From the NCBI GenBank assembly GCA_013239625.1, contig MU053493.1:815793-879792 (forward strand): 64,000 nt of DNA, given 5' to 3'. The stretch comes from Lama guanicoe. Taxonomy: Eukaryota. The position numbers were made by a program, and so were the translations under genes. Shown in pieces: positions 50,920 to 63,147 of the stretch. How positions within the stretch are numbered: the first letter of the stretch is position 1; the number at the start of each line of letters is the position of its first letter. The notes beneath the pieces are model-generated. The model was not told the origin of the DNA. It saw only the letters and a program-made list of their open reading frames with translations, and ran no database searches.

Positions 50920-53900
50920 TAGAGGTGGCAGTTCAAGACGACAATGTAGGAAGAGCTTGAACTCACCTCCTCTCACAGACACACCAAATCTACACCTGCA
51001 AAAGGAGCAATTTCCTCTGAAATTGCCTGAAAACTGGCTAAACAGCTGCTTCACATTGTCAAGAGCCCCAGTGAGGCAGGTAGGAGAGGCTGAGACAGGT
51101 CTCACCATAAACCCCACCCCAAGGCAGCCACCCACAACTGGGAGGAAACTCACAGCTGGAACCTCCTCCCTGAGGATCAGAGGGTCCACAACCACATCAG
51201 GCACCCCAGCATTTAAGACCTGCACTTGGAAGATGTATCACCAAAATATCTGCCTTAGAAAACCAAAGGGGAGAGCCCACACAAGACCCAGAGCACTGCC
51301 TCACACTGAGAAACGCCTCGTAAAGGGCTCACATGCAGAGTCACTCATCCCATGGCCCAGACTTTACATCAAAGAGTGTCACCTGTTAACCTTAAAGTGT
51401 CAGCCTGAAGGGCCAGGATCTGTTGGGAGAGTCTCCAGGGATGGAGGCACTGACCGGTGTCACTGTTACACTCTCCTTCCACCTCATAAAAGCCAGTGAG
51501 GGGACTTTTTTTTTTCCTCAACAGGTGCCATTTTTACTTTTGAACCTGCAGAAGCCATCTTTGTACCCTACCTGCATCTTACTGAAGCCAGGTAGACACT
51601 CTTTTTCCCCCTTCAAGGATGCCATCTTCATGAGCTCCCTCTGACATGATCACTTCTGGAAGGAAGATTTTACAAGCATCTGCCACCCTGGTTTATGTAT
51701 TTAGTGCCCCAGTTTTTCAGTCTGCAGCCCAGGGGGCCATTGCTTGACTGCCTGGGTCTGAAGACCTGGGGGCTGGGGGCAGCTTGTGTCCCTGGGACCC
51801 ATGAAACTGTACCAATTAGAGAGACAGATCCTGACAGACTACCACTGCCAGGGCACTGCACAGATAACAGAGTGAAACACCCCCAGTTTCCAGAGAAAGA
51901 GGCCTATTTGCTTGTCCAGGAGGTTTGGCCTGAGGGGCAGGCTTCTGGTCTGGCTCTTCTAGGGACCCACTGAGTGACTCTCAGCGAACAGAGGCCCCTG
52001 GACACAGCCTTTGGGTGCTCCCTTTGACTCGCTCCAGCTCACTCGCTGGTATTCACCAGAATGGAGCTTATAGCCTTGTCTGATGCCCTGATTTTTGCAG
52101 CAACTATATGGGGACACCTGTACATTGCCTGGTTCTAGTGCCCAGAAAGGCTCACACTTGTAGGTCCCACAAAACTGCAACCAACAGAGGAGCATTCTCA
52201 AACAGCTACCACCCCCAGGGCACAGCAAGAGGGAACAGATCCAGAACTCAGTCTTCTGGGGAAAGGGGTCTATTGGCTTATATCATAGCTACTGCCTGAG
52301 GGAAAGACTTCTAGTCAAACACATGTTTAAGGGTTGCCTGTAAACCCTACCAGAGACCTCAGAAGGCAGGTGCTATCTTCATTCTGCCCCTCTGCAGTGG
52401 TCCAGAGCACCAGCATCTCTCAGAGGGCACCTTTTACACGAGTCTGGTGTCCTGGTTTTGGCAGGTGTCACCCAGGGGTTGCCATTTGAACACCTGGCTC
52501 TGGTGGCCCGTGGGGCTTCTGTTCCCAATTTCCACAGGATTGCGACAATCAGAGAAACAGTTCTCAGCAGGCAACCACACCACAGGCACTGCACATCTCT
52601 AGACAGCAGGTACACCTGCACATGTGCTGTGGAAGAGGCCTGTCTGCTTGCCCTGGAGCTTCAGCCTGAGGGGTAGGATTCGTTTTTGGCACATTCTAGA
52701 GGCCCACAGAGATGCTCTCAGGGAACCTCAGCCAGAGGCTGCCATCTTCACACTCTCTGCCTCACTGCGGCTCACTGGTATCTCCCAGAAAGGAGATTCT
52801 ACACTCATCTGGAGCTTTGATATTTATGAATGCTCCCCAGGGGACAACTTCAGACTGCCTGGTCTGGTGCCCAGCAGAGCTTATGCCTGCAGTCCTACAG
52901 GACCATATAATATTTGCATACTTTAGAAGCTGCTGCCTGTGGGTCTGGCTTCCAGTCAACCAGAATCTAGCTGCTGACTGAGATATGCCTCTTTGGGACA
53001 CTGGCAAGTCTTGGCACATCCTTTACTGTTTGGACATATTAAAAATATAATAAGCTGCTTGGACAATCACAAAGGTCCAAGATACTACCAAGAGGTAGGG
53101 CAGGGATGAAAGATAAGGGTCACCTCCAATATGAGGTTACTCCTTCAAGACTAGGAGAGGTGGCATTTCACCCAATACATAGAGTCGGACACAGAGTCAA
53201 GCAAAGTGAAGAAATAGATTAAGAAGTACCAACTGAAAGAACAAGATAAAAACCTCAGGGTAAAACCCTTGATGAAACAAAGAGAAGTAATTTACCTGAT
53301 AAAGAGTCCAAAATGAGGGTCACAAAAATGCTCACCAACCTTGGGAGAAGAATGGGCAAACAGAGTGAGAACTTCAAGATGATGAAAAAATAAGAAAGTT
53401 CCAAATAGTCGTCACAAGGCTGAATTATTCAATTACTTAATGGAAAAATACACTCTAGGCATTCAACAGCAGGCTAGATGAAGAGAAGAAAGGGTCAGTG
53501 AACTCAAAGACAGATTAGTGGAACTCACCAATCACAGCAGAGAAAGAAGGGGGGGTGGGGAGAGAGAAAAGGGAGGGAGGAAAGGAAGGAAGGAAGAAAA
53601 GATAACTTAAGACACTTATGGAACGACACCAAACAGAGTAATATTTGCATCTGAGAATTCCCAAAAGGAGAAGAGAAAAAGAGGCAGAACACTTGCATAG
53701 CCTGGGGAAGGAAACAGACCTGTAGATCCAGGAAGCCCAGAGAGTTTCAAGTAAGATGAACTCAAAGAGACACACACCAAGACACATTATAATCAAAATG
53801 TTGAAAGTTAAAGACAAGAAAAGAATTTTTTTGCATTTTTATTGAGTTATAGTCATTGTACAATGTTGTGTCAAATTCCAGTGCAGAGCAGAATTTTTCA

Positions 53901-55560
53901 ATTATACATAAACATACATACATTCATTGTCACATTCTCTTTCACTGTGAGCCACCATAAGATCCTGCATATATTTCCTTGTGCTACACAGTACAATCTT
54001 GTTTATCTAGTCTACATTTTGAAATCCCAGTCCGTTCCCAACCTGCATCCCCCTGGCAACCACAAGTTTGTATTCTATGTCTATGAGTCTGTTTCTGTTT
54101 TGTATTTTTGTTTTTAGTTGTTTTGTTGTTTTGTTGTTTTTTTTAAGATTCCACATATGAGCGATCTCACATGGTATTTTTCTTTCTCTTTCTGGCTTAC
54201 TTCACTTAGAATGATATTCTCCAGGAACATCCATGTTGCTGCAAATGGCATTATGTTGTCAGTTTTAATGGCTGAATAGTATTCCATTGTATAAATATAC
54301 CACATCTTATTTATCCATTCAACTGTTGAAGGACATTTAGGCTATTTCCATGTCTTGGCTATTGTAAATAGTGCTGCTATGAACATTGGGGTGCAGGTGT
54401 CATTTAGTAATAGGGTTCCTTCTGGATATATGCCCAGGAGAGGGATTCCTGGGTCATGTGGTAAGTCTATTAAAGGTAAGGAAAGAATCCTCACAGCAGC
54501 AAATGAAAAGCAACTTATTATGTACAAGGGAACCCCCATAAGAATATCAGCAGGTTTTTTTCAGCAGAAACTTTGCAGACAGAAAGGAGTGGCATGATAC
54601 ACTCAAAGTGTTGAAAGAAATAAAAATTCCAAGCAAGAATAGTCTACCCACCAAAGTTACTACTCAGAATTAAAGGAGAGGTAGGGTTTTTCAGACAAGC
54701 TAAAGCTAAAGGAGTTCATCCCCACCAAACTGACCTTACAAGAAATATTAAAGGGACTTCTTCAGGCTGAAAGGAAAGGACAGTAATTAGTAACAAGAAA
54801 TTATACAAAAGAATAAATCTCACTGGCAAAGATAAATAGATAGGAAAGGTAGTGGATTAATCACTTTAAAAGCAAGCATGAAGGTTAAGACAAACATAGT
54901 AACTGAAGTATATCGACAATAATTAGTCAAGAGATACACAAGATAAAATGAAGAAAAATTTGACATCACAAACAAAAAATGTGGAGGGGTGGAGTATAAA
55001 TGTAGACCTTTAGAAAGTGTTCAAACTCAAATTACTATCAGCATAAAAAAGATGGTTGCATATACAGGCTGTTGTATGTGAGTCTCACAGTGAGCACAAA
55101 ACAAAACCTAAAGGAGATACACAAAAGATAATGAGAAAGGACTCTAAGCATAAAATAGGGAACGTCATCAAACTATGAAGAAAGAGAACAGGCGAGAAGA
55201 AAGGAGCAGGGGAACTACAGAACAGCCAGAAAACAATGAACGAAATGGCAACAGACACATGCCTTTCCATAACTACCCTGAATGTAAATGGACTAAATTC
55301 TCCAATCAAAAGACAAAGTGACTGAATGGATTAAAAAAAAAAAACAAAAAGCAAGACCATTACATGTTGCCTATAAGAGACTCACTCCAGATGTAAGAAT
55401 ACACAGACTGACACCGAAGAGATGGGAAAAGATATTCCATGCAAACAGATACCAAAAGAAAGCTGGGGTAGCTATATTTGTATCAGACAAATAGACTTTG
55501 AGACAAAGACTAATAAGAGACAAAGAAGAGCATTATGTAATGATAAAGGGGTCAATTGCA
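50920..55560 (+). mobile_element. Older L1 with long repeated 5'UTR, ORF1 and start of ORF2; 3' part missing
   Basis: 5' end ttcaagacgacaatgtaggaaga...aactcacctcctc; ORF1 HTPRHIIIKM; ORF2 start ITTLNVNGLNSPIKR at ~55245-55315. Confidence 0.8.
53827..54469 (-). mobile_element. 5'-truncated young L1 inserted into ORF1 of the older L1
   Basis: PolyT at 53826; diverged TSD ttaaagacaagaaaagaat (53808-53826) / ttaaaggtaaggaaagaat (54470-54488). Confidence 0.88.
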
Positions 55561-57719
55561 CCAGACTGTAACTATTATTGTCTGGGATTTCTCTCCTGTG
55601 AGAGCCACTCTCTGTCCCAGTTCCAAAATCTTTTTGTTTACAAACTTAATTTGGCTAAGTATTGAAATGTTTGGGAAAATTCTGTGTTCCTTGCTATCAG
55701 TGCAACTTTGGAATGTGTGAAGGAGGCTTCTGGCAATGTCTTAGATTCTGTTTCCCTTGATGTATGTGGATACGTCCCTATTTCGGCAACAGTAAATTTG
55801 CTTTGTGGGAAATAACCAGACTTGGGAGCACTCACTGAAAAAAAGAGCAAAGTGTATCCAGTAATTAGTGTGCTTTTTTTCTTCCCATAATGAATTATAT
55901 TTTCAATGAATAGGGTAGTCAAGGGTAGTCGTTACCACCACTTCTTTATTTGTTTTTATCAGATTTGAACTACTCAGTTTCTGCCATTCATCTTTATTTG
56001 GGCAAAAATAATTTTAATAAAACCCTGAAAATATCCCAAGAAAAGTACGTTATTTAGAGTCAGTTTCATATTACAGGCTCAGAGAGCAATAGAGTCCCCA
56101 TGGTCCAAAAGAGCTTGGGAACAAAGTTGAGAGAATTTTCCCACATACACAAAAAAACAATTTTGTAGGACCTAGTAGACTGTATGTGCCCCTAAAAAGC
56201 CCATGGCATAACTCCCTATGACACAAGACCTCCAAGCAAGGAGGAGGTTGGTATCACTAGACCTCAAGGAGGGAGACTTTCTCCTTCCAACCAGGCAGAT
56301 CAAAGGCTTTATCAAAGATAATGCCATTGGATCTGGCACTGAAAGAATAGGAAGCAACTGGAATATAAAAATGGAATAAACCATCAGCATGGGTATGTAA
56401 TATACCCAGATACAAAGCAGATAGGAAACTAGAGTATTCCCAAGGGTGTGGGAGAGCCACCTCAGGAAAACATTACCAATATAAAAATCAACCGTGATAC
56501 TAAGTTATATTTGCAGCTGAAGAAATAGAAATTGAGTGGTAAGATTTGCCAGTGTTCTTGTTCTCTGGACCCACATGGGTCTGTGATAATTTTGCAGATT
56601 TTTATGACCCATGTGAAATGCACTAAAGGGCACACAATTCCCTGGGGACCCCGCTGTGTCCTGGCCTCTCCTCCCCTCCACCCTCCTCTCCAGGTCACCT
56701 GCCCCCCACCCTCCACCGCAGGGTCCGGGTTTCCTTGCATTTTCAGGGCAGTTCTGTTTGGGGCAGCTATACCTGCTCATTTAAGAATTCAGCGTCCTGC
56801 TCCTCAGCTCCATGGGAATTGACAACCACAAAACCTGGGTGCCTTACATCAACAGACAGTAACTCCCTACTCATGTCTATGACGTCTGCATGTTGGCTGT
56901 GTGTCTGACTCATGGGTTGTGTCTCTTTTGCTCCAGGGTCCAGGGAAGGAGACCCCATGCTAGCTGGAGAGGGAGATCTCTGCGTGGACCTGGCACCTGG
57001 CCCTTCTCTCCTGCTTCATCAACAAGGCGGACACCTTGGGGCGGGCACATGTCCTCACGTGTAAGGAGATGCTTCCCTGATGTGGGAATGTAGAGGAGCA
57101 CTGGGAGTGATGGCACAGTCCACCACGCACTTGGGGCCACTTTCCCTGCTGGACAAATCCTCCCTCAGTGTTCCCAGTTTGAAAGATGTGGCCAAATTTC
57201 TCTCTTGGAATCCAAATTCCTCTCTGATAGATCCAGCTGTGCTCTTGCCAGGTTCCTGTCAAGAGGACTGAAACTCTGAACTTAAGCTCTGTGATTCCAG
57301 CCCCTCCTCCACAGCGTCTCTTTTGCCAACATCCCCGACGATGCAGACATCTGCCCAGAGTACTGAGCTTTCAGACATCCTGATTGCTTATCCCATGCTC
57401 TGGCTGCTTTCAGAGAAACCCTGTGAGAGGTGTCAGGTCCTCTCCACATCTCAGCACTCCATCACACTGTTGGGCTATTGTGTACTGATTTCTCTCTGGA
57501 TACGGGATGTTCTGCTCAGCACACTGGACTTCCTCCAGCAGTGACAGCTGCACCGCTGTTCTTGTGCCCTCATATCTGCCTCTCTCAGCTGCTGGCCAAC
57601 TGGCCTCATCCTCCAGAGGCAACTGGGCTGTGGCAGCTGAGTAATGAGAAATGACACACTGCTTTGCATCAAGACTTGTCAAGAAACTTTCTGACTACTA
57701 ATTCTGTGTAGCAGGTTTG

Positions 57720-58505
57720 AATTTTAATACACATCCTTAGGTGCATATGAAATAAAACTCACATATGGCTTTTGGTACCTTATGTGCTGATGCCGTACAT
57801 AGGAGTGACACTGCCAGGTCACAGGGATGTACTTTTGCTCAAACTGCAAAATAGCCTTCCAAAGGGATGGTGCCAATTTATACTTGCACCAGCAATATGA
57901 TGCACTCCTTGACAGCCTTGAAATTTTAACAGTCATTTTGGGTATGTAGTGTGATCTCTTGGTGGTTTCAATTTGCATTTCCTGATGACTAGCAATGTTG
58001 AGCAATTTTTGATAGGAACATCTATCATTTTAATAGCCTCCTTTTGAGAAGTGTTTTCTCAAATGTCTTCCAAATTTTTTAATTGAGTCTTTTTCTTACT
58101 GATTTGTAGAAGCATGCTGTGTAGTCTAGATAGGGGGCCTTTCTATGTTATGTGTGCCTGAAGTATTTTCTCCCACACTGTGATTTACTTACATTTTCAT
58201 TATTTTAATGCTATTTTTCAGTGAAGATATGTTCACCATTTTAGTGTAGTCTGATTTTTCAATCTTTTTTATGTTTAAAGATTTCTATATAATGTTTAAG
58301 AAATCTTTTTTCTACACCAATGTCATTATATACTGTGTCAGAATATATTCTAAAATGTTTATTGTTTGCCTTTCACATGTAGATTTAAAATCCATCTGGG
58401 AATTGTGTGTGTGTGTAAGGGATGAAATAAGGATCAATTTTCATTTTTTTCTCCATGGATCTGCAATTGACTCATCACTATTATTAAAATGACTATTCTT
58501 TCTGC
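57720..58505 (-). mobile_element. Old L1 ORF2 C-terminal fragment
   Basis: ttcaatttgcatttcctgatgactagcaatgttgagc. Confidence 0.7.
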
Positions 58506-60440
58506 ATTTCTATACACTAATAACAAACTATCAGAAAGAGAAATCAAGAAAACAAATGCCACTAACAATTTCATTAAAAAAATAAAATGCCTAAAAATAA
58601 ATTAACTAAGGAGGTAAAAGGCCTGTACAGTGAAAATTATAAGACACTGGTGGAAGGAATTGAAGAAGGTACAAATAAATGGAAACATATTCTGCACTCA
58701 TGGGTTGGAAAAATTAATATTGTTAAAATGTCCATACTACTCAAAGCAATCTAGATTCATTGCAATACCTATCAAAAGTCCAGTGACATTATTTCATGGA
58801 AATAGGAAAAAACAATCCTAAAATTTACATGGAACCACAAAAGCCAAAACAGTCTTGAGAAAGAAGAGCAGAACTAGATACATCCCACTTCCCTTTTCAA
58901 ACTATATTACAAAGTTGTAGTAATCAAAACAATATGGTACTGGCATAAAAACAGACACATAGATAAATGGAACAGAATAAAGAGCTCAGAGATAAGCCCA
59001 TGCATGCAGAGCCAACTATTCTTTGACAAGAACACATATTCTTTCACAATAGAGAAAGAATCAAATGATGTCAGGAAAATGATATGCACGTGCAAATGAT
59101 CTAAAGCCATAGAACTCCTAGAAGAAAGCATAGTGAAAATGCTCTTTAACATTGGTCTTGCTTATGATTTTTTTACCTATAATGAAGAACAGACAACAAA
59201 ATCAAAAATCAACAGTGTGACTACAACAAACTAAAGAGTTTCTGTACAGCAAAGGAAACAATCAACAAAAAATGAAAAGGCAACATATGGAATGGGAATT
59301 ATTTGATAACCGTATATCTGACAAAGGGTCAATGTCTAAAATGTATAAGGAAACCATACAACACAATTGGAAAAAATGCCCAGATAATCCAATCCAATTC
59401 AAAAGGATAAAAGACATGAATAGACATTTTTCCAGAGAAGACATGCAAATTCCTAACAAGTACATGAAAAGGTTCTCAACAGCACTAACTATCAAGGAAA
59501 TGCAAATCAAAACCACAATGAGATGTCACCTCACACCTGTCAGAAAGGCTACCAACAAAAGGCAAGAAATAACAAGTGCTGGTAAGGATTTGGAGAAAAG
59601 GGAACCCTTGTATACTGTTGATGAGAATGAATGTTGTTACAGCCACGATGGAAAACAGTATGGAGGTTCATAAAAAAACAAATATAGAACTCTCATATGA
59701 TCTAGCAAACCCACTTCTGAGCATACAACTGAAAGAAATGAAATCAGTATCTTAAACAGATATCTTCACTCCCATGTTCATTGCAGCATTATTTATAGTA
59801 GCCAAGATACAGAAACAACCTAAGTGTCTCCAAAGAGATGAATGGATTTAAAGAAATCTGATACATGTTTTATACAGCATTACCTCTGTATGTTTCATGT
59901 AATAATGAAATATTGTTCAGTCACACAAAAGAAGGAAATCCCACCATTTGTAACATGGATGAATCTGGAGGTCATTATGCTGAGTGAAATATGCCAGATA
60001 AAGACAAATATATGTGGTATCAGTTATACATGGAATCTGAAAAAACAATTCAAACTCACAGAACCAGAATATTGAATATTCATTGTCAGGAATTGGATGG
60101 TGGGAGAAATAGTAGGATTGTGGTCAAGAAGGACAAACTTTCAGAATTAGTTCTGAGGATCTTATGCACAGCAGGGTGACTATAATTAATAATACTGTAT
60201 TGTATAATCAAAATTTGCTAAGAGCGTGGATCTTAAGCATTCTCATCACAGGAAAAAGTAAGAAAAAAAGAAAGTAATTATGTGAAGTGATGGATATGTT
60301 AACTTGATTGTGGTGATTATTTCACAATGTATTCGTCTATCAAATAATGACAGTGTGTTCTTTAAATATATACAATTTTATTTGTCACATATATCTCAAG
60401 AAAGCTAGAACAAATTTAAAAAGAAGAAAAAAAGAAAATT
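58505..60440 (+). mobile_element. L1 (L1MA-like) ORF2 C-terminus to polyA
   Basis: [18 protein letters not shown]; 3'UTR ending in an A-rich tail at ~60420-60440. Confidence 0.85.
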
Positions 60441-60534
60441 GAAAACAGAGAAGAGGAGAGAACATTCTAGATTAAAGAGATGTAATGACAAAATGTAATA
60501 CATGAATGTAGATTTTCTGATTTTTTTCATAAAG

Positions 60535-60573
60535 GCACATCTGGCCGATGGTTACCATATTGGACAGTGCATT
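60535..60573. mobile_element. hAT-Charlie (MER3-like) terminal fragment
   Basis: ctggccgatggttaccatattggacagtgca. Confidence 0.5.
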
Positions 60574-60977
60574 TCTAGAAGGTGGTGAGAGATATGACAC
60601 AGCACATTTAATTAAGAAGTCCTAACACTACTGGATTATAAAGAAATGTAAACCTATTTTCTCTCAGGAACATCTTCAACATGAAACATCAGAAGTAAGA
60701 AAGGAGAAGCATTTTGGGTTTGGGAAGTCAGAATGCCAAAGAGAAGAAAATATCTTGGGGGAAGTCCTTATTAGAAGACTGAAAGCTCCAAGGAAGTTAT
60801 CCTGCCAGTGATGAGGATGCAACCACCACTGGTCCTTCTGAAACCAAGTGTGGATGAGACAGAATCAGTCAGCCTGCGTCTCAGAGGTGTTTTCTGACCT
60901 GGATCCAGGTAGAGCGTGCTCGATGCTTTCCGACTATGATTTCACAGGGAACAGAGTGGGTGCTCTGGTACTTAGAG

Positions 60978-61080
60978 CAGGACTTGTGCAAGGCATTTTT
61001 TCCATGGATTACCTCATTTAATCTTTGTACCAGGACTTGTACAAGGCATTTTTTCCATGGATTACCTCATTTAATCTTTG
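60978..61080. repeat. 53-bp tandem duplication within a MIR fragment
   Basis: caggacttgt(g/a)caaggcattttttccatggattacctcatttaatctttg occurs twice, with one mismatch. Confidence 0.95.
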
Positions 61081-61150
61081 CAACAATCCTCTGAGTTGAA
61101 AATGCAATGTACGTATGAAAGAAAAATCATCTCAAAGAGCTTAGGTGCTT

Positions 61151-61425
61151 AGACATAGAAAACAAACTTGTAGTCACCAAAGGGGGAAGGGGGAAAAGGG
61201 GGAAGGGATAAATTAGGAGTTTGGGGTTTGCAGATATTAATTACCATATATATAAAATAGATAAACAACAAGGTCCTACTATATAGAACAGGAAACTATA
61301 TTCAATATCTTGTAATAGCCTATAATAAAAATATAAAAAGGAATATATATATATATGTACAAATAAATCACTATGCTGTACACCAGAAACTCACACACAT
61401 TGTAAACTTTAATTTAAAAATACAT
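61151..61425 (+). mobile_element. Short L1 3' end
   Basis: Diverged TSD aaagagcttaggtgctt / aaattgcttagatgctt; similar to 47160-47450. Confidence 0.8.
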
Positions 61426-62714
61426 AAATTGCTTAGATGCTTTAGAGAAGCAAGAAGTTACAGACAGAAATGAAAGAATGAGAGACATTTTTCTTAAGAA
61501 GAGAGTGAAGATTCAAAAATGGATTCCTTTTTGGACATGTTGCCAACTGAAGAACTGGAGTCCTTAATGCCACATGCCTTTAAGACACTGAACACTTCTG
61601 ATGATCACCTAGACCCCTTTTTTGCCTTTATGAGACGGTAATAATTTAAGGGATCCATGTGAGCTTGGAAGTATTATGACTCCTAGTCTTTCTACATAAA
61701 ATATGGATTTGAACAAAGAAAATTTAGAAAATTCTGGCCTCTACATCAAAGTTACAGTTCTTAACTTCACATTAAGTTTTGAATGAATAACACTAATATG
61801 TGTATAGCCGACCTGTGATGCAGAGAGGGAAGACTCAGAGCAGGCAGAAGTAACAGCTGTTAACTCCTGAAAAATCGGAATGAACAGCGCGTGTGTTCTC
61901 TGATGCTGTTGTAGCTCTAGAACACCACTGTAAGTAAAGTGCATGAACAAACCACTTCCTGAAAGTTAGACAGGACTGTAGAGCATCAAGCAATCTTTCC
62001 GAGGTATCTGAAAGTGACAACTCCTAAAGACAAGTACGAAATGGAGGGAAAAAAAAAATCTAGTATCTCCAGACACTGGAGATGGTGTATAATCTTCAAA
62101 TTTGACTGATATTTGGAAACTCTGTATGGAATACTGAACATCTTGTATTCAATGAGAGAGTTAATTTTTCTGACCCTTTTTAAATGAAGAAAAATGAAAC
62201 TCTTCCAAAGGATTATGTGACATTTCAGATAAACACAGAATAATTTATAAATGAAGATGGGACGTGAAGCAGAGAATAGTCTAATGACCTGGAGTACTTT
62301 GTCATCTGGAGTCAGAAAAAAAAAGCATAAAGCTGTGATGGTGACTGTCATGCCAGGAGTGGCTGAATCTCTCATCAGGGACTGTCTGGAATCACCATTA
62401 CCCACTGAAATGGCTTTTCAGCCCAATGAAGTATTTGGCCCTGTTGGTATTGATTCAGCGCCCTTAACAGTTGAGACAAATGTGCTTCATATAGATCTGA
62501 GCCTGGGGAAAGTGATTCATAAAAAATTAAAAGAATCTGTGATAGTCAGCAGGCTTCTTTTTACAAAGAACTCCTTTTGTGTCCACTTTGTCACCTTTCA
62601 GCTGCAAGACAATCTGCCACATTAAATACAGTAATTTCACTGAATCTTGATTTTTGAAAAATAACTTACTGGTTAACAGGTTGCTGATTTTCCCTCCTTT
62701 TCCCAGCTTTTTCA

Positions 62715-63147
62715 TTGTCTTTTTTCCAGTTTTATTGAGATATAAGTGACATACAACACTGTATAAGTTTAAGGCAGGCAGCATAATGATGCGACTTATG
62801 TCCTGAAATGATTATCACTGTAAGTTTAGTGAGCACCCATCATCTCAGATAGACACAAAATTGGAGAAACAAACAAATTTTTCCTTGTGATGAGAATTCT
62901 TAGGATTTACTCCCTCAACTACTTTCAGACATAACACACAGCAGTGTTAATTATTTCTCATGTTGTACACGACACCCCTAGTATTTATTTATCTTATAAC
63001 TGGAAGCTTTGTACCTTTTGACTGCCTTCTTCCAATCCCCCCTCCCCCAACCCCCACCTCTGGTAACCACAAATCTGATCTCTTTTTCTATGAGTTTATT
63101 TGTTTTTGAAGTATAATTGACCTATAACTCGGTATTAGCTCCTGTTC
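62715..63147 (-). mobile_element. Short older L1 3' end
   Basis: ttttccagttttattgagatataagtgacatacaacactgtataagtttaagg; flanking agcttttt repeats. Confidence 0.75.

Larger units (their letters stand above)
36970..57636 (-). pseudogene. Candidate decayed multi-exon gene; exon-like segments 57636-56773, 56338-56263, 55834-55561, 40220-40146, 38495-38453, 37291-36970
   Basis: Pyrimidine-AG acceptors and GT donors with compatible phases at the four readable junctions; premature stops; parent gene not recognised. Confidence 0.5.

Noticed and set aside
50858..51499. Longest ORF in the track (213 aa)
   Set aside because: Starts at TTG, spans an L1-L1 junction and GC-rich 5'UTR, and shows no domain signature.
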